Below, in pieces: positions 9,515 through 19,544 of a stretch of 64,000 bases of DNA (position 1 is the first letter of the stretch; the number at the start of each line of letters is the position of its first letter). The position numbers and the translations under genes were made by a program. The stretch is from assembly GCA_963675785.1 (NCBI GenBank), contig OY776562.1, positions 928,001 to 992,000 on the forward strand, in the 5' to 3' direction. The notes beneath the pieces were generated by a model. The model did not search any database and was not told the DNA's origin. It worked only from the letters and a program-made list of their open reading frames with translations. Source of the DNA: Anaerolineae bacterium (GTDB taxonomy: Bacteria > Chloroflexota > Anaerolineae > UBA1429).

Positions 9515-11194
9515 ATGGGCATGTTTTGTTACCAGTGTCAGGAAACAGCCAAGAACGAAGGCTGCACGGTACGCGGTGTGTGTGGTAAATCGCCTGAGGT
9601 GGCCATGCTGCAGGATCTGTTGATTTGGACGCTGAAAGGGATATCGTGGTGGGGTATCAATGGCCGCGGCATGGGCGTATCGGATTCGCGCACGAATCTC
9701 TTTGTGGCCGAAGCACTGTTTGCGACCATCACCAACGCCAATTTCGACGATGAACGTTTTGTCAGCCTGATCCAAGAATCGATCGAGTTGCGCGATGCCC
9801 TTAAACAGAGAGCCCAGGCTGCGTGTGAATCGCTGCACGGCAAGCCCTGTTTCCATGCCCTGCCCGAGGCTGCCACCTGGCATCCCGAGAATTGGGAGCA
9901 GAGCACGTTGTTGGCCAAGGCGGCTCGGGTGGGCATCATGGCTGATCCCGACCTCGATGAGGATATTCGCTCGCTCCGCGAGATGCTGGTCATCGGCTTG
10001 AAGGGGATGGCTGCCTATTTGGACCACGCCTATGTGCTAGATCACCACAACGAGGATGTGTTGACCTTTTTGCAAGAAGGGCTGTTGGCCACCATCAACG
10101 ATAATCTTTCGGTAGAGGACATGGTGGGCTGGGTGGTGCGCTGCGGCAAGATGGGTGCTAAAGCCATGGCCCTGCTAGACGAGGCCAACACCAATACCTA
10201 TGGCCATCCCGAACCAACCGATGTGCGTACCGGCGTGGTACCCGGCAAGGCGATTTTGATCAGCGGCCACGATTTGCGCGACCTGCACGACCTGCTGGAG
10301 CAAACCCGGGGTACGGGCATCAATGTTTATACCCACGGTGAGATGCTGCCGGCCCATGCTTATCCGGCCTTTAAAGAGTACGATAACCTCATTGGCAATT
10401 ATGGCGGATCATGGTGGCACCAGGCCAGCGAGTTCGAATCGTTCGGCGGCGCCATTCTGATGACCACTAACTGTTTGATCAAGCCTCGTGACAGCTATGT
10501 GGATCGCCTGTTCACTACTGGTATGGCTGGCTGGCCTGGCGTGACCCACATTGCCAATCGGGTGAAGGGCGGCCAAAAGGATTTCTCGGCGGTGATTGCG
10601 GCAGCCAGGGCTGCGGGTGAGCCGGTCCAGATCGAGGATGGCTTGATCCCCATCGGCTATGCCCATAACACGGTGGTCAGCAATGCCGGGGCTGTGCTAG
10701 ATGCCGTGCAGGCCGGTGCAGTGAAGCGTTTTGTGGTGATGGCAGGCTGCGATGCTCGCAGCAAGAGTCGCGATTATTACACCCAGGTGGCTCAGGCTCT
10801 GCCGGAGGATACCATTATCCTGACGGCGGGCTGCGCCAAATACCGTTACAACAAGCTGAACCTGGGCAAGATCGGGCCCTTTCCGCGGGTGCTGGATGCC
10901 GGCCAGTGCAACGATTCGTACTCGCTGGTGGTTATTGCAATGAAGCTAGCCGAGGCCCTAGGGCTGGATGATGTGAACGACCTGCCTATCTCGTACGATA
11001 TTGCCTGGTACGAGCAAAAGGCGGTCATCGTCTTGTTGGCTCTGTTGGCCCTGGGCGTGAAAAAGATTCGCTTGGGGCCCACGCTGCCAGCTTTTGCCTC
11101 TCCCAATGTGCGCAAGGTACTGGTAGAGCAGTTTGGGTTGATGACCACGGACGGTGTGGAAGAAGATGTAGCTGCCATGATGCGCGGCGAATAG
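9515..11194 (+). CDS. hcp: Hybrid cluster protein (hydroxylamine/NO reductase), class I
   Basis: MFCYQCQETAKNEGCTVRGVCGK (CX2CX8CX5C), SGHDL, YTHGEMLPAH, GQCNDSY, WYEQKA; GGAGG RBS. Confidence 0.95.
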   Translation: MGMFCYQCQETAKNEGCTVRGVCGKSPEVAMLQDLLIWTLKGISWWGINGRGMGVSDSRTNLFVAEALFATITNANFDDERFVSLIQESIELRDALKQRAQAACESLHGKPCFHALPEAATWHPENWEQSTLLAKAARVGIMADPDLDEDIRSLREMLVIGLKGMAAYLDHAYVLDHHNEDVLTFLQEGLLATINDNLSVEDMVGWVVRCGKMGAKAMALLDEANTNTYGHPEPTDVRTGVVPGKAILISGHDLRDLHDLLEQTRGTGINVYTHGEMLPAHAYPAFKEYDNLIGNYGGSWWHQASEFESFGGAILMTTNCLIKPRDSYVDRLFTTGMAGWPGVTHIANRVKGGQKDFSAVIAAARAAGEPVQIEDGLIPIGYAHNTVVSNAGAVLDAVQAGAVKRFVVMAGCDARSKSRDYYTQVAQALPEDTIILTAGCAKYRYNKLNLGKIGPFPRVLDAGQCNDSYSLVVIAMKLAEALGLDDVNDLPISYDIAWYEQKAVIVLLALLALGVKKIRLGPTLPAFASPNVRKVLVEQFGLMTTDGVEEDVAAMMRGE

Positions 11195-11200
11195 GGGGGA

Positions 11201-11240
11201 GAAAGCGGGTGGGCCAACTGGCCCACCCGCTTTTCTTTTA
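11201..11240. terminator. Bidirectional terminator between convergent genes
   Basis: AAAGCGGGTGGGCCA-ac-TGGCCCACCCGCTTT. Confidence 0.8.
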
Positions 11241-12008
11241 TTATTCGACCAAGTCAATCCATTCTTGCAGTGTCTTGGCATCGCGGACGTAATTCTCGGG
11301 CTCGTCGTTTTGGACGAACTCGACGCAGAGATAGTGATCGCGACCCGTGGCGGCCAGCTCTTTGAGGTAGGGCAGCCACATGTCCTTGCCATCGGCCAGT
11401 GCAAAACGAGTCTGATAGTTCTCCCAGAAAAAGACGTGGGCGTTGACTACCTGGTCGATGATGGCCTTGAGGCCGGCCATGCGCGTGGGGTCGTCGTCCT
11501 CGTTGTGGGGCTGCCAAAAGGTGCCCACATTGGGATGATTGATCTCGGCTAGCAACTCTAGCGCCGATTCATCCACATCGGTGAGGGTGTTGCCGTGGTA
11601 TTCATAAGCGATTTTGATGCCTTTGGCTGCGGCCATATCACCAATGCGCCGCGAATCCTCAATAACGGCTTGGCGATAGGCTGCATCGGCCTCGGCGGAA
11701 CCTTTGTTGCCCGCCCAAACGCGGATGATCGGTGCACCCAAGGCTACAGCGCTGGCCAGTACGTCGTCAAAGGCCAGGCCATCGGCTTCACTGACGGCGG
11801 TGCGATAGTAAGAACCATAGGCGCTGATGGCCAGCCCGGCCTCGCGGGTCAGCTTGCCGACTTTTTCAGCGGTGACTACATCGCCGTGGGGCACGTGTAC
11901 GTCGCCGCCCCATTCAATGGCTTTGCCGCCAGCGCGTGCGACCAGAGTGATGATCTCCTCTGGCGTGAGCTGCCGAAAGGTGATGGATACCAATCCTGGA
12001 ATTAACAT
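11241..12008 (-). CDS. Sugar phosphate isomerase/epimerase (xylose isomerase-like TIM barrel)
   Basis: GLVSITFRQL, IEWGGDVHVP, IRVWAG, EYHGNTLTD, FWQP, HVF. Confidence 0.85.
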   Translation of the reverse strand: MLIPGLVSITFRQLTPEEIITLVARAGGKAIEWGGDVHVPHGDVVTAEKVGKLTREAGLAISAYGSYYRTAVSEADGLAFDDVLASAVALGAPIIRVWAGNKGSAEADAAYRQAVIEDSRRIGDMAAAKGIKIAYEYHGNTLTDVDESALELLAEINHPNVGTFWQPHNEDDDPTRMAGLKAIIDQVVNAHVFFWENYQTRFALADGKDMWLPYLKELAATGRDHYLCVEFVQNDEPENYVRDAKTLQEWIDLVE

Positions 12009-12029
12009 GTTGTGTTCTCCAATCTTGTG

Positions 12030-13700
12030 CTAACGCGCGTCGATATAATTATCTTTGATATCGGCGTACCACTCGTCGGGATAAAGCACGCCGGTTTCTC
12101 GGTTAAAACGGCTGATCAGTTTTTGGGACCGCGCTATACATTCGGTGTATTCCCGAACGGTCTCGCCATCCCAAACACCCCACAGTTCGGCGAGCAGCAG
12201 GGTGCGAATGCGCTCCAAGGCAGGGTCGTCGCCAAGATCGTTGGTTTCGGCGGGATCGTCGTCCAGATTAAAGAGCTGCACGGACTCGTAGCCGGTGTGT
12301 TGAACCAGCTTCCAAGGGCCTTTACGCACCATGGCGGAGGGTTGATCCCCTTTGATATCTCCGCAAAAGCTAAGGATGGTGCGATCCAGTCGGGCGGGTT
12401 GCTGACCGCTGAGAGCAGGCCAGAGGTTTTCTCCGTCATAGCAAGGTAGATCGGGCGCATCAGCCAGGTTGATGAGTGTGGGCGCAAGATCCAGCAGGCT
12501 AGTCAACTCGCTGAGGCGTGTTCCCTCGGGTAGATAGCTGGGCATACTCCAGATGGCGGGCACGCGCACCGAACCTTCATAGTGATTGCTCTTCCAGAAC
12601 AAACCGTGCTCACCGGCCATGTCGCCGTGGTCGGAGGCATAGATAAAGAGGGTGTTCTCTAACCCCAAGGTTTCAGCGACGGTGTCGTAGATGCGGCCCA
12701 GATATTGATCCATGAGCTCGACCAGACCATAGTAGGCGGCCCGAGCACGGTGTTCGATGACTGGATCAACCTCAGTAATACGGCGGTTCTCGAACCAACG
12801 GCGCACGGCGGGATGGGCCGTGGCTTTGAAAGCATCACTTGGCGGCAGGGACGACAGAGCCTGGTCGTAATAGTCGAACAGTTCAGGAGGGCACACGTAG
12901 GGGCAATGCGGCCCATAGAGGCCCACGGTGAGAAAGAGCGGTTCGCTGGTATCGCCGTGTTCCTGCAAAATGCTGCAGGCCGAATTGACCACCTCAGCAT
13001 CGTACTGGAGCACCGCCGAGCTGCCTGGCCCCGACCTCTCCATGGCGGTGATGCTCTGCCCGCTGGTGCCAGCCAGCAGGGGGCCATACACGTCTTTGCC
13101 ACTGCCGGTGGTGTTCAGGGTGATATCGCCCACGGTGCGGCGCATATAGCCATGACGTTGATCGGATCCTACAAAGTGCATCCGTCCAGCCAGGACGGTC
13201 TCATAGCCAGCCAGAGCCAGGGCATGTGCAAAGGTGGGCTGCTCTGAAGGAATGGACTGGAAATTGGTATAGATGTTTGTGTGGTGCGGGCTGAGGCCGG
13301 TGAGCATGGCGCTGCGGCTGGGCACGCACAAGGGCGAGGCGCAATAGCAGTTATCCAGCACGACGCCACGGGCTGCCAGTTGTTCCAGGTTGGGCGTGCG
13401 CACGATGGCATCGCCAGCATAACCGGCGATGTGCGGGTTGTGCTGATCGGAGAGAACAAAGACGATATGCGGCTTGTTGGGAGCCGCCTTTTCACTCAGC
13501 TTTCTCAGCTCAGTATCAATGGCCGTCAGCGTATCTGGATTGGCACCAGTGATATAGCGGCAGGCCACAGCCAGAGAGAGCTGACCGACTTGGGCCGGCA
13601 GTTCATCGTTGACAGCATCGCCGAAATAGCGCTGCAGGATCAAGCGAGTTTGCGGCTCACGCAGCAGATCGGCCAGCATCGTGTTGATGGAAAAGGCCAT
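12030..13700 (-). CDS. Formylglycine-dependent sulfatase (choline sulfatase-like) with extra N-terminal helical domain
   Basis: SDQH, CVPSR (CxPxR), GRMHF, PHCPY, SDHGD, FWKS, VRVP. Confidence 0.9.
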   Translation of the reverse strand: MAFSINTMLADLLREPQTRLILQRYFGDAVNDELPAQVGQLSLAVACRYITGANPDTLTAIDTELRKLSEKAAPNKPHIVFVLSDQHNPHIAGYAGDAIVRTPNLEQLAARGVVLDNCYCASPLCVPSRSAMLTGLSPHHTNIYTNFQSIPSEQPTFAHALALAGYETVLAGRMHFVGSDQRHGYMRRTVGDITLNTTGSGKDVYGPLLAGTSGQSITAMERSGPGSSAVLQYDAEVVNSACSILQEHGDTSEPLFLTVGLYGPHCPYVCPPELFDYYDQALSSLPPSDAFKATAHPAVRRWFENRRITEVDPVIEHRARAAYYGLVELMDQYLGRIYDTVAETLGLENTLFIYASDHGDMAGEHGLFWKSNHYEGSVRVPAIWSMPSYLPEGTRLSELTSLLDLAPTLINLADAPDLPCYDGENLWPALSGQQPARLDRTILSFCGDIKGDQPSAMVRKGPWKLVQHTGYESVQLFNLDDDPAETNDLGDDPALERIRTLLLAELWGVWDGETVREYTECIARSQKLISRFNRETGVLYPDEWYADIKDNYIDAR

Positions 13701-13715
13701 TGAGACTCCTTTGCG

Positions 13716-16007
13716 CTAGGCGATGACGCGGTATACGGCCGCGCTACGCCGGGGCAGATGCAGGGTACGTCCCATCTCACCTGTGGCCAGATGCTCGAGC
13801 TGTTCGCTCTCTTCTAGCAGCATGTTCAGTGAGGTGAGACTGAGGACAGCAGCAAAGCCCCAGTTGGCGGCAACCACATAATCAAAACCGTCCTGGCCTG
13901 TCACGCGCGCCCAGCGAATGGTGCCCTCGCTGCCGCTGCTGGTGTTTTGTGATACTGCCCGGGTCTGCGTCGCATCCACCGAGCTGATGGCCAGCCAGGC
14001 AGCATCAATGAGCACACTGTTGGCATCCCAGGCGATGGTCTCGTTTACACAGGGGCAGCAGATTTCCTCGACATGCAGCGAGTTGTATTTGCCGCCGCGT
14101 CGGTTTGCCGAGCGCGACATCACCAGTCCCTCGGCGCCGTCGATGACGGCTGCGCCCAGCACGCCGTCTACATTCACCCAGCTGCTGTTCAGGTCCAACA
14201 CCAGATCGCTCTCGGGGCGGCCCAGGGTCAATTCACCCGATTCGGCAGTCAGGTTGCGCTCAAAGCCGTTATAGAGATCGTTGGGGATGTTCAGATGCAT
14301 ACCCTTGACTTCGGCTGTATAGCAGCGCCTGGGGCCCGCCTGGCAGGATTCGAGACCCACCACGGTATGGTCGTCTGGCAGAGCGGCAAAGCAAATCTGA
14401 TGTTCAGCTGAATCGGTGCCGCGCCAGCCTTCGGCCAACTCGATGTCGACCCCCTCCATGATGGCGCCGATGGTAACAAAGCCACCCTCAAAGGTGGTGA
14501 TGTGCTGGTCGAGCAATCGCCGATGTTGGGTTTGGCCCCCCGGAACCTTGCCATCATCGCCCAAAAAGCGGACGTAACCAGCCAGGTTATAGGCCCACTC
14601 GGCCAGGTGGCCATCAGTGGGGGGCAAACACATACCCTGCCCAAGGCCAAAGGCCCGCCAGGAGAAGGAAGCCAAGCGTGTGGGAGAACGGTGAATGACG
14701 GCGCCGTGTTCTGGTTCGCACCAACTGCCGGCTACGCTGGCTTCCCAACGCCGCAGGCGTTCTTCCCTGTCGAGAGATTCATCTACTGCCGTGCCCCTGG
14801 CGCGCAGGGTGTGGGCAAACGCAGCTGCCATGCCCAGGGCATCAGCGCGGTCGCCTTCCAGACGCGTGTAATAGTAGGGGCTATAATCGATAAGCGGCGC
14901 CAGACGCTGGTCGAGGAAAGAGCCATCCTCGTTATAAGCGGCCTCGTGCTGCACCCAGTCGAGCTGCTCCTCGGCCAGGTTGAGGGCCAGGTCGTCGTTC
15001 AGGCAATCAGCGGCATAAATCAGGCTGGGCAGCAGGTAATCCTGGCAGTAACAATAGCGAATACGGCTGTCTCCACCGATGCGCGCCAGGCGGCCATCGG
15101 CAAAGATCATACGCCGTACAGTATCCCACAGGTCGGCACTGTGGTGATAGAGCGAATCGGGCACCTCGAATCCGGCTGACTGCATGTCAAAGTGCAGCAT
15201 GGCTGCGTTGGAGAGGGTGATTACGGAATAGCCCATGTTGAAGTAGCCGTGGTGATCGAGGGCATAATTGGGAAAGAAATTGGCGCCCACAAAACGCTCG
15301 CGCACCGGTTTGCCGCCTACCATATCCTGATTGGTCTCATCAGCGGGAACGCTGATGGCATTGACCAGAAAGCGGTGAGCCTGCTCGATCCATTCATCGG
15401 CGTGAGTCTGATAGGGGTACATTTGGGCAGCCCGCCAGAGCAGTGTGCCTTCCCACATGTTGGATTCAGGGCCGTTTTTACCGTCGCTGTTCCACAGGCC
15501 AGCCACCACATCGTGATATTGACCGCGGGTATACTGGCGCAGGGCCCAATCGGCCTCACTCACGATAACGCGTTCCAGATCGGCCTGATCCTGTTCTGTC
15601 AGGTAGGGCATCAGCAGCTGGACACCGTACATCATGCGCTCAATGCCCAGCGCCGAGAGCCAGTAATGGCCCCAGGGCACGTTATCCAGGCAGGGCATAC
15701 TGCCGGTGATATGGCTGGCTAGATTGTAACGTAGGGCGGCCAGAGCCCGCTCCAGAGCCAGGTCGCACAAAGCATCGGAGATGCTGTCATCTTGTTGCCC
15801 CAGTACGGCCAGGGCCCCCATGGCGCCGATGTACTTTTGCAGTGTTTGTACGCCCCACCAGTTGTAACCGGTGCCGTAGCAGCCCATGGTATCCTCGTGG
15901 CCGGGAATGGCGTACCAGTACTCCTCAGAGGCTGGCAGCCACCGAGCGAGCATATCCAATGAGTGATGGACGATTCGATCGAGCTGTGTGGTATGTTCAG
16001 AGGTCAT
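13716..16007 (-). CDS. Large cytoplasmic hypothetical protein, possibly lyase-like alpha/alpha plus beta-sandwich
   Basis: 763-aa ORF with GGAG RBS, no signal peptide; helical N-half, beta-rich C-half, DHHGY..GY motif. Confidence 0.75.
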   Translation of the reverse strand: MTSEHTTQLDRIVHHSLDMLARWLPASEEYWYAIPGHEDTMGCYGTGYNWWGVQTLQKYIGAMGALAVLGQQDDSISDALCDLALERALAALRYNLASHITGSMPCLDNVPWGHYWLSALGIERMMYGVQLLMPYLTEQDQADLERVIVSEADWALRQYTRGQYHDVVAGLWNSDGKNGPESNMWEGTLLWRAAQMYPYQTHADEWIEQAHRFLVNAISVPADETNQDMVGGKPVRERFVGANFFPNYALDHHGYFNMGYSVITLSNAAMLHFDMQSAGFEVPDSLYHHSADLWDTVRRMIFADGRLARIGGDSRIRYCYCQDYLLPSLIYAADCLNDDLALNLAEEQLDWVQHEAAYNEDGSFLDQRLAPLIDYSPYYYTRLEGDRADALGMAAAFAHTLRARGTAVDESLDREERLRRWEASVAGSWCEPEHGAVIHRSPTRLASFSWRAFGLGQGMCLPPTDGHLAEWAYNLAGYVRFLGDDGKVPGGQTQHRRLLDQHITTFEGGFVTIGAIMEGVDIELAEGWRGTDSAEHQICFAALPDDHTVVGLESCQAGPRRCYTAEVKGMHLNIPNDLYNGFERNLTAESGELTLGRPESDLVLDLNSSWVNVDGVLGAAVIDGAEGLVMSRSANRRGGKYNSLHVEEICCPCVNETIAWDANSVLIDAAWLAISSVDATQTRAVSQNTSSGSEGTIRWARVTGQDGFDYVVAANWGFAAVLSLTSLNMLLEESEQLEHLATGEMGRTLHLPRRSAAVYRVIA

Positions 16008-16023
16008 CGGTGTCCTCCCATCT

Positions 16024-16872
16024 TTAATACGTTACTGTGTCGACTCGCCAGCCCTCATCCGTCATTTGCAGGGTGATGGAGACACTCACAACTTTTTGGC
16101 TATCATCCGTATTGAAACGTCTGAAATATAGTTTGCATTCTCGTTCTGTTTCGTGATCTGTGTGATCGTATTCGTAATGGGTGCCCGGATCCTCTGCATG
16201 TTCTCGGCCTGTTTCCCACCAGAGGTGGGCCATCTTGCCACTCACCGAGGGCTGTTGACGATAGCGCGGCAGCAGAGTTGCGCTCCACAATTCTTTGTTT
16301 CCAGCGCAGAGAGCATCATAGTGGACAGTGGCTACCATCAGCGGTGTCTCTTCGAGCTGCGCCTTTTCATGTGAAGCCGGTGCACAGGTGTTAATCTCGG
16401 GAATACGACTGGGCAGGGGTTCCAGTCCCAGCAATCCCCGGTAATACCAGATGCGGCGCAACTGGGCCGAGACGTAATCCAGGGCATATAGATATGCCTC
16501 AAGGGAAGCAACTTCTTGAGAGGGCGCATACAACGAAGGCTTGAGCAGGTCAATGGCCGGTAAATTGGTGAGATGGGCTGTATTGATGTCGCCGATGCGC
16601 TCAGCGATGGCAATGATCTCATCGATGGTGGGCCATGCCTCAGAGTCATCCTCCGAAGGAGGCGCATCCCAGGTAATAACTCTTTCTCCCGCCTGGCAAT
16701 AACAGGTGCGGGTATCCAACACTTGTAGGCAGAGTATGGCCATCTGGCCGATGGACATTTCGCCTTCTACAACGTGGAGAACCTGTTGTTCAGAAGTAAG
16801 GCCGCCCAAGGCTTCGATGAGGTCAGCGATGCACTGTTGGACGACATGGTTGAGTCGTTCTGGAAGAACCAT
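16024..16872 (-). CDS. DinB-like domain fused to an unknown C-terminal domain
   Basis: L.EAL.GLTSEQ...SIGQM...QLRRIWYYRGLLG pattern of DinB four-helix bundles. Confidence 0.6.
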   Translation of the reverse strand: MVLPERLNHVVQQCIADLIEALGGLTSEQQVLHVVEGEMSIGQMAILCLQVLDTRTCYCQAGERVITWDAPPSEDDSEAWPTIDEIIAIAERIGDINTAHLTNLPAIDLLKPSLYAPSQEVASLEAYLYALDYVSAQLRRIWYYRGLLGLEPLPSRIPEINTCAPASHEKAQLEETPLMVATVHYDALCAGNKELWSATLLPRYRQQPSVSGKMAHLWWETGREHAEDPGTHYEYDHTDHETERECKLYFRRFNTDDSQKVVSVSITLQMTDEGWRVDTVTY

Positions 16873-16877
16873 GATGG

Positions 16878-17891
16878 TTACCTCTCTTCTGTTGCTGCCT
16901 GGGCCATGGCGACGATATTCTCGGGCGGTACGTTGGGCAATAGCGCTTCATGGCTGGGGCTCACTACAAGCCGCGGTCCCAGTAATCGTTTGACGCGACG
17001 CACATCGTCGGCGACCTGCTGCGGCGTGCCATTGACCAATAAATCCTGCGTATCGATGCCGCCCACAAAGACAATGCGTCCACCGAAATCATGGGCCAAT
17101 GTCTCGGCGTCCATATTGGCGGCTTTGGCCTGCAATGGATGGAGGCAGTCTACGCCAATGTCGATGAGCTTGTCGATGACTTTGTAGATCGAGCCGCAGG
17201 AATGCAGCCAGACATGTTTGCCGTGGCGCTTGGCCTGGTCGGTGAATTGTTTCATCCAGGGCAGGATAAAGGCATCGAACTGAGCTGGCCCGCAGATCAG
17301 GTCGAGTTGGGTGCCAAAGTCGTTGCCAAAGAAAAAGCCATCCATCAGATCGCCAGCCTCGGCGTAAAAGCGTTCGTTGGCCTGATAGTAAAAATCACAG
17401 ACGTGGTCGGTGACGGCGTGGACGATATCAGGATGGAGGTACATGTTCATCATGTAATTTTCCATACCAAATAAATCCATGACATCATGATAAAAGCAAG
17501 ACCACATGCCCGAAAGACGATAGCGATCCGAGGTCTCGCGCAATTCTTGGATGGCTGGGCCAAAATCCATCAAGTCGGGATCGGGCCAGGGGTGCTCATC
17601 TACTTGGGGCACATCGGTTACGCTGCCCATGGGGCCGGCGGTGCCGTGGGCTTTTTTTGCGGCGACCTGAAAGGGACCCAAGCCGTAAGGGTTGTTGTAT
17701 TTATTGGGATGAACCCAGGCCACATCATCACCGAGCTGACGGCGGATGGCTTGCTGGTCGGTGGTGCCAAAGAACTCGTAATAGATGGGCCAGGAATCGG
17801 CGTGGGGATTGCCCAGCCAAAAGCCAGTACGATCCACAGGTTCGTTGTTGATCATGGCATAGATGCGTTCGATGGCATTCATCCGCTTCAA
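16878..17891 (-). CDS. Uroporphyrinogen decarboxylase / MtaA-family protein
   Basis: NDFGTQ, HSCGSI, HPLQ, GGIDTQ, SPSHE, VPPEN. Confidence 0.88.
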   Translation of the reverse strand: MKRMNAIERIYAMINNEPVDRTGFWLGNPHADSWPIYYEFFGTTDQQAIRRQLGDDVAWVHPNKYNNPYGLGPFQVAAKKAHGTAGPMGSVTDVPQVDEHPWPDPDLMDFGPAIQELRETSDRYRLSGMWSCFYHDVMDLFGMENYMMNMYLHPDIVHAVTDHVCDFYYQANERFYAEAGDLMDGFFFGNDFGTQLDLICGPAQFDAFILPWMKQFTDQAKRHGKHVWLHSCGSIYKVIDKLIDIGVDCLHPLQAKAANMDAETLAHDFGGRIVFVGGIDTQDLLVNGTPQQVADDVRRVKRLLGPRLVVSPSHEALLPNVPPENIVAMAQAATEER

Positions 17892-17900
17892 TGTCTCTCC

Positions 17901-19544
17901 TCAGAGTCCGTGAGCTTCAATATAGTCACTATAGCCACCCTCGTATTCCGTCAGGCAGGCCTGGTCTATTTCGACCACGCGGTCTACCGTGCGATCTAGA
18001 AAGTAGCGATCATGAGAGATGACCACAATGGTGCCCTCAAACCCCTCCAGGGCCTCTTCCAGATGCTCGGCGGCCTGGATATCCAGGTTGTTGGTCGGTT
18101 CGTCGAGCAGCAGCAGGTTGGCGTTAGAGAGCATGAGTAGAGCCAACTGCAGGCGACTGCGTTCGCCGCCAGAGAGCTCACTGACGCGGTTGGCGCACTG
18201 TTCGTAGGTAAAGCCAAAGCCCGTCAAAAAGCTGACGGCCTGATTCTCAGCCATATGCGCTGCCTGACGTATAGTGTCCAACACCGTGGTCGCATAGTCA
18301 AGCGTTTCGTGTTGCTGAGCGTAATAGCCTGGTTCAATACTGGGCCCGATTTTGATCAGGCCACTATCAGGTTCCAGACTACCCAGGATGAGGCGGAACA
18401 GCACGGATTTTCCAGCGCCGTTGGGGCCAACGATACCCACGCGCTGGCCATGCCACAAGAGCAAATCGATGTTATCGAGGATCTCGTTCTTGCTGCCATC
18501 GGGCGCCTCAAATGCTTTGCTCAAACCTACGAGTTCTAGCACCTTGTTCGAGCCGCGCCAGCCGGTCAGTTCGAGTTTGAGCGGCTTGGTGGTAGTAACG
18601 GGTTTTTCCACCTTGTCCATATGCTCGATGCGTTTCAGCAGGGACTTGCCACTTTTGGCCAGGGCGGGGTTGTCATACACTTTGCCCCACATGATCAGGC
18701 GTTTTGCGGCCTGTTGGAGGCGGGTGATAACACGCTGCTGCACGTCGTACATGGTTTGTTGGCGAGCGAGGCGGGTCTCTTTTTCGGCGGCGTATTCGGA
18801 ATAGTTGCCCACGTATACGTCAATATGCCCCTGATCCAGCTCGGCAATCTCGTCGGCTACCAGGTCGAGCAGGTAGCGGTCGTGGGAGACGATGACCACG
18901 CCGCCGCTGAACTCGCGAATGAGGCGTTCCAGCAGCATTTTGGCGCGGATATCCAGGTGGTTATCCGGCTCGTCCAACAGCAATACGTCGGGTTGAGCAA
19001 CCAACAACCGAGCCAATTCGACCAGCTTGCGCTCGCCGCCGCTGAGGTGTTCAAGGTCGCGCTGCCAGGCTTCCTGAGGGATGCCGATCGTCTTGAGGAT
19101 GCCCTGGATACGGCTCTCAAAGGTGGGGCCGCCCAGGTCGTCATAGTCTTTGAGCAAACGTTCCTGACGGGCCAAGGCTGCCTGCAGATGCTCTTCAACG
19201 CCATAGACCTCGGGTTCGCCAAGGCTGGCCTCTATTTTGCCGAGTTCGCGTTCTACCTGGTGCAGTTCGACGGCAGCATCGGAAACGCGCTGCCAGATGG
19301 TGGTATTGGGGATGTGCGGCGGTTCTTGAGCCAGATAGCCCAGGCGTGCGCCTTTGGCTATGACGATGATGCCAGCGTCCTGCTTGTATTCGCCCAGGAT
19401 GAGCTTGAGCAGCGTTGACTTGCCGCAGCCGTTGATACCAATGAGGCCCACGGTGCGGTCGTTATGGATACGCCAGGAAAGATCACTGAGCAGCGGTCTT
19501 CCCGAATAGGTAAAGTTCACATGATCAAGGGTTACAGCAATCAC
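17901..19544 (-). CDS. ABC-F family ATPase
   Basis: Two NBDs (GINGCGKS, GPNGAGKS), LSGGE twice, DEPDNHLD/DEPTNNLD, SHDRY; no TM domains. Confidence 0.92.
   Translation of the reverse strand: MIAVTLDHVNFTYSGRPLLSDLSWRIHNDRTVGLIGINGCGKSTLLKLILGEYKQDAGIIVIAKGARLGYLAQEPPHIPNTTIWQRVSDAAVELHQVERELGKIEASLGEPEVYGVEEHLQAALARQERLLKDYDDLGGPTFESRIQGILKTIGIPQEAWQRDLEHLSGGERKLVELARLLVAQPDVLLLDEPDNHLDIRAKMLLERLIREFSGGVVIVSHDRYLLDLVADEIAELDQGHIDVYVGNYSEYAAEKETRLARQQTMYDVQQRVITRLQQAAKRLIMWGKVYDNPALAKSGKSLLKRIEHMDKVEKPVTTTKPLKLELTGWRGSNKVLELVGLSKAFEAPDGSKNEILDNIDLLLWHGQRVGIVGPNGAGKSVLFRLILGSLEPDSGLIKIGPSIEPGYYAQQHETLDYATTVLDTIRQAAHMAENQAVSFLTGFGFTYEQCANRVSELSGGERSRLQLALLMLSNANLLLLDEPTNNLDIQAAEHLEEALEGFEGTIVVISHDRYFLDRTVDRVVEIDQACLTEYEGGYSDYIEAHGL

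Noticed and set aside
17901-19544. ABC-F as an antibiotic resistance (ARE) protein
   Set aside because: The subfamily cannot be assigned by eye; no leader peptide or resistance context
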